From contig CAWBMV010000004.1 of the NCBI GenBank assembly GCA_963789955.1, forward strand, positions 1-44,146: DNA of 44,146 nt, read 5' to 3'. Position 1 is the stretch's first letter. Each line of letters opens with the position of its first letter. The DNA is from an uncultured Candidatus Rokubacteria bacterium. Lineage in GTDB: Bacteria; Methylomirabilota; Methylomirabilia; Rokubacteriales; CSP1-6. A program made the translations under genes and the position numbers. Below are positions 36,657-44,146 of the stretch, piece by piece. The notes beneath the pieces are model-generated. The model was not told the DNA's origin. It saw only the letters and a list, made by a program, of their open reading frames with translations, and searched no databases.

Positions 36657-38003
36657 ATGAACGTGCTGATGACCGCCGTGATCGATCCCGATCCCTCGAC
36701 CGCTGAGCTCGATCGCCTGGGCGACGAGATTGCCGAGCTCTCCGCGCACCTCGAAGCCGCGACCGCCCGGCTTCTCGACCTGATCCGCGAGTTCGACGCT
36801 CGCGCGGGCTGGAATCACGGCTTCCGCTCATGCGCGCACTGGCTGAGCTGGCGAGTAGGGCTCGACATCGGTGCCGCACGCGAGAAGGTCCGCGTCGCAC
36901 GCGCGCTCGGCACACTGCCCCGTCTGGCTAAGGCTCTCGCCCATGGCGAGCTGTCGTACGCGAAGGTCCGTGCGCTGACCCGCGTGGCGACTCCCGCGAC
37001 GGAAGAGCGACTGCTGGCCGTCGGACGGGCCGGCACCGCGGAGCATGTGGAACGGATCGTACGTGGCTGGCGGCGAGTAGATCAGAAAGCCGAGGCGCGC
37101 GAATCAGCCGCCCGACATCGGAGCCGCGCGCTGCAGGTGTATCGGAATGAGGACGGCATGGTCACGGTCCGTGGACGGCTGGCGCCCGAGGTCGGTGAGT
37201 TGTTGATCCAGGCACTGACCGCGGCGCGCGAGGCGCTGTATCAGCGGAGGCAGCGGACCTTCGACGACGCCGGCTCGGCGGACGTTTCCGCGGAAACGCC
37301 TGCGTTCGAGCAGCAGCAGGCCGATGCGCTGGCACTGCTCGCCGAGACGGCGCTGCATCACGGTATCGATCCGGGAGCGCCGGGCGAGCGCTACCAGGTC
37401 GTCGTTCACGTCGACGCCCCGGTGCTCGCTGATCCGGCAGGCGCCCGGCCAGTCCGCGCTCGGAGAACGGCGAGCACGTTTCCGCGGAAACGTCGCGGCG
37501 CCTGGCCTGCGACGCTAGCCGGTGGTGATGCAACATGCGCGGGGCGGGCGAGTCGTGGAAGTCGCGGCGCGGACGCGGACGATCCCGCCCGCTCTACGCC
37601 GCGCGCTGCACCATCGCGACCACGGGTGTCGCTTTCCGGGCTGTGGTGTGCGCTTCGGTCAGGGCCATCACATCAGACATTGGGCGCAGGGAGGACCGAC
37701 GACGCTCTCGAACCTCACCATGCTGTGCCGGCGCCACCATCGTGCCGTTCACGAGGAAGGTTACCAGGTGGATCGCGAGCCTGACGGCGAGCTTCGGTTT
37801 CGGCGCCCCGACGGGCGGCTCTTGCCGGAGGTCGCCGCGCTCCGTCGACGGTGCCGGTCGACTCGGTCAGCGTGCTGCGAGCGCAGAATCACGTTGAGGG
37901 AGCGGTTCCGGACGCGCGAACCGCGATACCGTTCTGGCTCGGTGAGCGGCTGGATATCGGCTACGCGATCGATGTGTTGCATCCGTTGGCCCGGGGCGAC
38001 TAG
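36657..38003 (+). CDS. DUF222 + HNH endonuclease protein (13E12-like), frameshifted
   Basis: FRSCAHWLSWR..AREKVRVARAL..GELSYAKVRALTR N-domain; RDHGCRFPGC..HHIRHWAQGGPTTLSNLTMLCRRHHRAVHE HNH domain; several indels between 37430 and 37920. Confidence 0.85.
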
Positions 38004-38072
38004 CGGACGATCGCTGGCGACCGTCGCGGCGAGACCTGCGGTAGACGACGTCGTCGGCCGAGCTAGGCCGAG

Positions 38073-39103
38073 CTACCGAAACGCCGGCAACACCTCGACG
38101 CGCGAAGCTGTTCCATCGATCGCATCACGCGCGCATGCTCCAGATCGCCGAACCAGAAGCTGCAGTTGAAGTGCGTGATGCCGACCAGCTCCTCGACGCG
38201 TTTGATCTGACGGATCACCGTGTCCGGTGTGCCGATGACCAGGAAGCGGTCCAGGAGATCGTCGGTGTCGGGCTCCTTCGGTGCCGGTACCGGGATCGCG
38301 CGGCCGCGCTCGACGCGCTCGTACTGGTTGCGGAGCGAGAGCGTCACGCGCATGTTCCAGCGCGCCTCTTCGGCGGCCGCGCGCGCGTCGGCCTGGCTCT
38401 CGGCCACGTAGACTGCGCGCTGGACGCCGACCCGCAGCGGGTGCGGGGGCTTGAACTCGCCGACCAGCCGGTCGAAGAGCCGGCGGAACTCGGCCATGCG
38501 CTCGATCGGCACGCCGAAGCCGCCGGTGAGCACGTTGAAGCCGCGGCGCACCGCCGCCTCCACCGACTCGGGGCTCTGCGCCGTGATCCAGATCGGCGGG
38601 CGCGGCTGCTGGAGGGGCTGCGGAAAGATCGTCGTCTCCGGGATCTTGAAGAGCTTGCCGTCGTAGGTGAAGGGCTGGCCCTCGAAGGCCTTCAGGAGAA
38701 TATCGATCGATTCCTCCCAGCGCGCGCGTCCGCTCTCGAGCTCGAGGCCGAAGCGCTCGAACTCGTACGGCTGATAGCCGCGTCCGAGGCCGACGTCGAG
38801 GCGCCCGCCCGACAGGAGGTCGAGCGTTGCGATCTCCTCGGCGATCACCAGGGGATGATGGAGCGGCACCACGATGACCGCGGTGCCCACGCGGATCCGC
38901 GTCGTCTTGGCCGCGATGTAGGTCGCGAGCTGGGCCGGACGCGAGAGATAGCCGTAGGTCGAGAAGTGATGCTCGGCGAGCCAGACGTTGCCGAAGCCGA
39001 GCGTCTCGGCCGCCTGCGCCATCTCGACGCCGCGCGCGTAGATCTCTTTGGACGAGCGCGCGGACGGCGACTGCATCAGGAGGAACGTGCCGAAGTTGAT
39101 CAT
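38073..39103 (-). CDS. LLM-class flavin-dependent oxidoreductase
   Basis: VWLAEHHF, RIRVGTAV, AEEIATLDLLSGGRLDVGLGRG, PRPPIW; likely true end ..EVLPAFR* at 38073 (indel near 38100). Confidence 0.9.
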
Positions 39104-39961
39104 CGCTTGTACCAGGGGTGTGGACGCCCCGGCACCTTGACGCGCAGGGCGTACACCGACGTGCGAGCCGTGAGGAACAACGTCCGGAGATCGGGGCCGC
39201 CGAAGGCGCAGTTCGCCGGGACCTCGGGGGTGCGGATGATGCCGAGGCGCGTGCCGTCGGGCGCGAACACCCACGTGCCGCCCGGACCCGTGCAGAACAC
39301 GCGGCCCTCGACGTCGACCTTCATGCCGTCGGGCACGCCGTCCGTCTCGTCGGATGACATGTCGGCGAAGATCCGGCGTCGGATGAGCTTGCCGTCCCCG
39401 TGCGATTTCGAGCGCGTGAATGTACTGCGTCCAGCGTGTGTTGGCCACGTAGAGGACGCGCTCGTCCGGCGAGAAGGCCAGGCCGTTGGGATATTCGCAG
39501 TCGGCGACGAGCGAGGTCTTGCCGTCGGGCGCGATGCGATAGACGCCGGCCGAGGGAAGCTCGCGGTCGGCGAGCGGCACGCGCAGGCCCGGGTCGGTGA
39601 AGTAGATGCTGCCGTCGGATTTGCAGACGACGTCGTTGGGCCGGTTCAGGCGCTTGCCCTCGAAGCGGTCCATCAGGACCTCGCTCTGGCCGCCGGTCCA
39701 GCGCGTCACGCGGCGATTGCCGCCCTCGCAGATGACGAGGCGGCCCTGCAGATCGAACGTCGTGCCGTTGCCCTCGCCGGTGTTCGAACGGACGAGCTCG
39801 GGCGCCTTGCCGGGCGTGAGCTTGTGCAGGTGGCTCCGGCGGATGTCGACGAAGTAGTAGAAGCCGTCCGGGTGCCAGAGCGGGCCCTCGGTGAAGACGA
39901 AGCCGGTGGCCAGCCGTTCGGCCTCCTTCGATTCGAGAATTCCGTCCAGTGCGTCGCTCAT
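39100..39961 (-). CDS. SMP-30/gluconolactonase family protein, frameshifted
   Basis: FTEGPLW, RLNRPND, PNGLAFSPD, PDGMKVD, NCAFGG; indel near 39400. Confidence 0.88.
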
Positions 39962-39965
39962 CGTG

Positions 39966-40874
39966 TCAGGCCCCTCGGTTCTTCGTCCGCAGCTCGACGC
40001 CGGCACGCTCCTCCTGAAGCTTGAAGAACGTCATCGAGTCCTTGTCGCCCCAGCCGCGGCCGAGCGCTTCCTCGAGCTGCTGCTCGGCCAGCGCGGCGAT
40101 CATCATCGGCACGTGGTACTCGCGGCCGAGCTCGGTCGCGAGGCCGACGTCCTTGCGGAGCAGCCGGAGCGCGAAGTTCACGTCGTCGAAGGCGCCGGGG
40201 AACACGGTGTTGGGGATCATGTCCTTGAGCACGCGGCCCTGACCGAACGAGCTCTTGGACAGCGCGTCGAGCAGCACCTCGGGCGCCACGCCGGCCTTGA
40301 CCCCGAGCGTCATGCCCTCGGCGATGGCCATGCGCGAGCACGCCGACACCATGTTGTGCACGAGCTTCGCGACCGTGCCGCAGCCGATGCCGCCGACCCA
40401 GGTCACCTTGTCGCCGATGGCATCGAGCACCGGCTTGACCCGCTTGTAGAGCGCCTCGTCGCCGCCGACCAGCACCGCGAGCTTGCCCGAGCGCGCGCCG
40501 GGCACACCGCCACTGACGGGCGCATCGAGCACGTCGACGCCGCGCTCGGCGCAGATGCCGTGGAGCTTGCGAATCAACGTCGCGGAGTTCGTCGAGAGAT
40601 CGACGTAGAGCGTGCCGCGCGCTGCGCCTTCGAGAATGCCGTTGGCCCCGAGCACCACGGATTCGACCTCGCGTGGACCGGGCAGGGAGGTGAAGACGAC
40701 CTCGCTCGCCTGAGCGACCGCCTTGGGTGTGTCGGCCCACTTGGCTCCCTGGGCCAGGTGAGGCTTGGCCAGCTCATGGCGGATGTCCGTCACGACCATC
40801 GAGTGTCCGGCCTTCAGAACGTTGAGGGCCATCGGTCCGCCCATGTTGCCGAGCCCGATGAAGCCGATACGCAT
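39966..40874 (-). CDS. 3-hydroxyisobutyrate dehydrogenase-family NAD(P)-dependent oxidoreductase
   Basis: GFIGLGNMG, LDAPVSGG, AKLVHN, LRKDV. Confidence 0.92.
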   Translation of the reverse strand: MRIGFIGLGNMGGPMALNVLKAGHSMVVTDIRHELAKPHLAQGAKWADTPKAVAQASEVVFTSLPGPREVESVVLGANGILEGAARGTLYVDLSTNSATLIRKLHGICAERGVDVLDAPVSGGVPGARSGKLAVLVGGDEALYKRVKPVLDAIGDKVTWVGGIGCGTVAKLVHNMVSACSRMAIAEGMTLGVKAGVAPEVLLDALSKSSFGQGRVLKDMIPNTVFPGAFDDVNFALRLLRKDVGLATELGREYHVPMMIAALAEQQLEEALGRGWGDKDSMTFFKLQEERAGVELRTKNRGA

Positions 40875-40989
40875 GCGTGTCTCCTCCGTGTATCTGGCCT
40901 ACAGCGATGTGCTAAGGTACACCAACGTCGGCCCGGTTTGGTGGCGGGCCCGGCGGCTGTGCGTAAACTGTGCGAACCGGAGACCTCGC

Positions 40990-41856
40990 GTGCGACGATT
41001 CGAGCTCATCCTTCCTGGAAGCGTTGACGACTGCGTCAAGGCCCTGGCCCAAGGCGGTCCCGAAACGAAGCTGCTGGCCGGCGGTACCGACCTCCTGCCG
41101 CAGCTCAAGAACGGCCTTCTCAAGCCCGCCCGCGTGATCGACCTCTCGGGTGTGGCGCGCCTGCGCGCCATCGAGGCCGGCAACGGCAAGGGGCTCCGGG
41201 TCGGCTCCGCGGTGACCGCGCGGACGCTCGAGCTCGATCGAGCCGTCCGTGCGAGCTATCTCTCGCTAGCTGAGAGCGGCGCTCTCGTGGGCTCCGTACA
41301 GGTGCGCAATCTGGCGACGCTCGGCGGCAACATCTGTAACGCCGCGCCGTCGGCGGACATGGCGCCGCCGCTCCTGGCGCTCGACGCCGAAGCGGTGATC
41401 ACCGGGCCCAAGGGCGAGCGCCGGGTGCCGATCGCCACGTTCTTCACCGGAGTTCGGCGCACGGTGCTGGCTCCGGACGAGATCCTCGTCGAGATCGTGG
41501 TGCCGAACCCAGGCGCTCACAGCGGGGGCAACTACCTGCGGCACACGCCCCGTCGTGAGCTCGACATCGCCGTCGTCGGCGTGGCCTCGCAGCTGACCCT
41601 GGCGAACGGCGTCTGCACCAAGGCGCGGATCGCGCTGGCCGCCGTGGCGCCGATTCCGCTGCGGGCGACGGCCGCCGAGCAGGCACTCGAGGGCCAGGCC
41701 GTGACTCCCGACCGGATCAAGCGGGCCGCCGACCTCGCGGTCGACGCCGCGCGCCCGATCAGCGATCAGAGAGGCTCGGCCGAGTTCCGCAGCCACCTCG
41801 TGCGCGTTCTGACTCGCCGCACGCTGACCACAGCACTCGCCCGCGCGAGCGCGTAG
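40990..41856 (+). CDS. Xanthine dehydrogenase/CoxM-family FAD-binding subunit
   Basis: LAGGTDL, QVRNLATLGGNICNAAPSAD, PISDQRGSAEFR; GTG start with GGAG. Confidence 0.9.
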   Translation: MRRFELILPGSVDDCVKALAQGGPETKLLAGGTDLLPQLKNGLLKPARVIDLSGVARLRAIEAGNGKGLRVGSAVTARTLELDRAVRASYLSLAESGALVGSVQVRNLATLGGNICNAAPSADMAPPLLALDAEAVITGPKGERRVPIATFFTGVRRTVLAPDEILVEIVVPNPGAHSGGNYLRHTPRRELDIAVVGVASQLTLANGVCTKARIALAAVAPIPLRATAAEQALEGQAVTPDRIKRAADLAVDAARPISDQRGSAEFRSHLVRVLTRRTLTTALARASA

Positions 41857-41876
41857 CCCGGTAAGGAGAAGACGAC

Positions 41877-42360
41877 TTGGCCAAGCAGGTTCTGAATTGC
41901 ACGGTGAACGACGAGCCGACCGAGGTGCTCGTCCAGCCCTGGGAGACGCTGCTCGAAGCGCTCCGCGAGCGGATGGGTCTGACGGGACCGAAAGAAGGCT
42001 GCGGCACCGGAGACTGCGGCGCGTGCACGGTGCACTTGGACGGTAAGCCGGTCGCGAGCTGCCTCTTGCTCGCCATGCAGGCGCGCGGTCACGTTGTGCG
42101 CACGATCGAAGGGCTTGGCAAGCTCGGCGCTGCTGCACCCGCTGCAGGACGCGTTCGTGCGCCACGGCGTGCCGCAGTGCGGGTTCTGCATCCCCGGTGT
42201 GCTCATGGCCGCGGCCGCGCTCTTGACCGAGAATCCGCATCCGACCGAGGAAGAGATTCGCTACGGGATCGCCGGCAATCTGTGCCGATGCACCGGCTAC
42301 ACGAAGATGCTGGCCGCGATCACCGAGACTGCCGGCGCCACGGCCGGCCGGAGGAGCTGA
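41877..42360 (+). CDS. CoxS-family 2x[2Fe-2S] subunit, frameshifted
   Basis: GCGTGDCGACT..SC then QCGFCIPG..GNLCRCTGY; indel near 42100-42125. Confidence 0.9.
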
Positions 42361-42363
42361 GGC

Positions 42364-44146
42364 ATGTCGAGCGTGATGAAGACGACCCGCGACGTGAAGG
42401 GCATCGGCATCTCGATCCTGCGCCCGGACGCACCCGACAAGGTCACCGGCCAGGTTCAGTACGTCGCCGACCTCAACCCTCCCGGCCTCCTGCACGCCAA
42501 GCTCCTCCGCAGCCCTCACGCTCACGCGCGGATCATCCGCATCGATGTGAGCCGGGCGCGGGCGCTGCCGGGCGTGCGCGCGGTCCTGACCGCCGCCGAC
42601 ATCCCCGTGCTGAAGAAAAAGGCGCCGACGCGCGCGCACGCCGTGTTGGCGATCGACCGCGTCGTGTTCGCGGGCCAGCCGGTCGCGGCCGTCGCCGCCG
42701 ACGAACTCGGCGATCGCCGAGGAGGCGCTCGATCTGATCGAGGTGCAGTACGAGGTCCTGCCCGTCGCCTCCGATCCGCTCGAGTCGATGAAGCCCGGCG
42801 CCCCGCCGGTGGCCGAGGTCGGGACCGAGGCCGACACGAGCGAGGCGCTGGCCCACGGCTCCGTCGCCGGCGTGACGACCGAGGCCAAGCCGGCGAAGGC
42901 CGTCAACATCTCGCAGCAGGCGCGCCTGCAGCGCGGAGACGTGGCGAAGGCGTTCGCCGAGTCGGACGTGGTCATCGAGAAGACCTACCGCGTGCCGATG
43001 GTCCACCAGGGTTACCTCGAGCCCCACGCCGTCCTGGCCCAGTGGGACCGGGCAGGCAACCTGACCTTGTGGGCGAGCACTCAGGGCTCGTTCAACACGC
43101 GGTCGGAGGTCGCCGACGTGCTGGAGCTGCCCGAGAACCGCATCAAGGTGATTCCGATGGAGTGCGGCGGCGGATTCGGCGGCAAGATCCGCGCGCTGTG
43201 CGAGCCGATCACGGCGGTTCTGGCGCGCGCGACCGGCCGGCCGGTGCGCTACGTCATGACCCGGCGCGAAGAGCTCGAGGCCGGGATGCCGGCGCCGCAG
43301 GTCATCATCCGCCTGAAGACCGGCGTGAAGCGCGACGGCACGCTCATGGCGATCGAGGGCGAGGCGATTCTCGAGTCCGGCGCGTTCTCCGGCGCGGTGC
43401 TGGCGGTGAGCGGCGTCTTCCTCGCGAGCTTGTATCTGTGGCCGAACTTCGACGTCAAGGGCTTCGAGGTTCTCACGCACAAGCCGAGCATCGCCGCGTA
43501 TCGCGCGCCCGTCGCGCCGCAGACCATCTTCGCGATCGATTCGCAGATGGAGCAGATCGCGAAGGCGATCGGCGTCGACCCGGTCGAGTTCCGCCTTCGG
43601 CACCTGCAGCGCGAAGGCGACAAGATGGCCAACAACCAGCCGTGGCTGAGCAACGGCGCCGTCGAGGTGCTGACTCGACTCGCCGAGCACCCGTTCTGGA
43701 AGAAGCGCGCCGAGTGGAAGGCCAGCTCGAAGGGCGGCAAGCTGCGCGGGACAGGAATCTCGCTCGGCGGCTGGCTCGGCGGCCTTCAGCCGACCGGCGC
43801 TACCGTGCGGCTCAACCCCGACGGTACCCTGCAGGTGATGACCGGCCAGGTGGACATCGCCGGGACCAACATCGCGCTGGCACAGATCGCCGCCACCGCC
43901 TACGGCGTCGATATCGACAACGTGAAGATCACGACGGGCGACACCGACGTCGCGCCGATGACCGGTCTCAGCGCCGGCAGCAAGACCACGTACACCGTCG
44001 GCGTGGCCGTGATGCAAGCCGCGCAGGACGCGCGCAACCAGACGCTCGGGATCGCCGCGAAGGAGCTGGAGGCGTCGGTGCACGACCTCGAGATCGAGAA
44101 TGACAAGGTCGTGGTTCGCGGCGTGCCGGACAAGGGCATCACGCTC
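42364..44146 (+). CDS. Xanthine dehydrogenase/CoxL-family molybdopterin subunit (partial, frameshifted)
   Basis: DAPDKVTG, RSPHAHARI, then after indel near 42710 HQGYLEPH, ECGGGFGGK, AYRAPVAPQ; runs off the window. Confidence 0.9.

Noticed and set aside
38063..40006. Apparent 647-aa gluconolactonase-LLM fusion ORF
   Set aside because: Created by an indel near 39400; the lactonase C-terminus is in another frame (39100-39360) and the LLM gene has its own ATGA-coupled start at 39103
2745..44142. Many long Arg/Pro/Ala-rich alternative-frame and antisense ORFs
   Set aside because: Expected shadow ORFs in high-GC DNA; they overlap well-supported genes and have no motifs
1..44146. CRISPR array, tRNA/rRNA, transposase or integrase
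   Set aside because: No regularly spaced repeats, cloverleaf/rRNA signatures or DDE/tyrosine/serine recombinase motifs were recognised by eye

Overview
High-GC bacterial DNA, densely coding (~47 genes), dominated by accessory redox/catabolic enzymes (CoA transferase, two xanthine/CO-dehydrogenase-family Mo enzymes, three SDRs, two LLM oxidoreductases, two MetE-like proteins, GMC oxidoreductase, GGT, amidohydrolase, gluconolactonase). The style resembles uncultured soil lineages such as Ca. Rokubacteria (inference only). About a dozen genes are broken by single-base indels, most likely long-read consensus errors. Signals not visible in the ORF track: (1) a UGA-recoded UGSC-motif selenoprotein (1346-2188) with a perfect hairpin 11 nt after the in-frame TGA, fused to a second domain that is abruptly truncated; (2) a ~20.5-30 kb stress island in which five genes/operons (YHS, cls-like PLD, osmY-like, csbD-like, DUF3309) each carry a correctly spaced sigma54 -24/-12 promoter plus recurring GTA-N5-TAC boxes, including an uncharacterised metallophosphoesterase-nucleotidyltransferase-Cys-rich protein module and a sensor-less hybrid kinase; (3) a 170-bp element with 41-bp perfect terminal inverted repeats; (4) a DUF222-HNH gene with a structured leader, an RBS-occluding hairpin and two internal perfect palindromes; (5) repeated leaderless-type promoter geometry. 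No rRNA, tRNA, CRISPR array or transposase was recognised.
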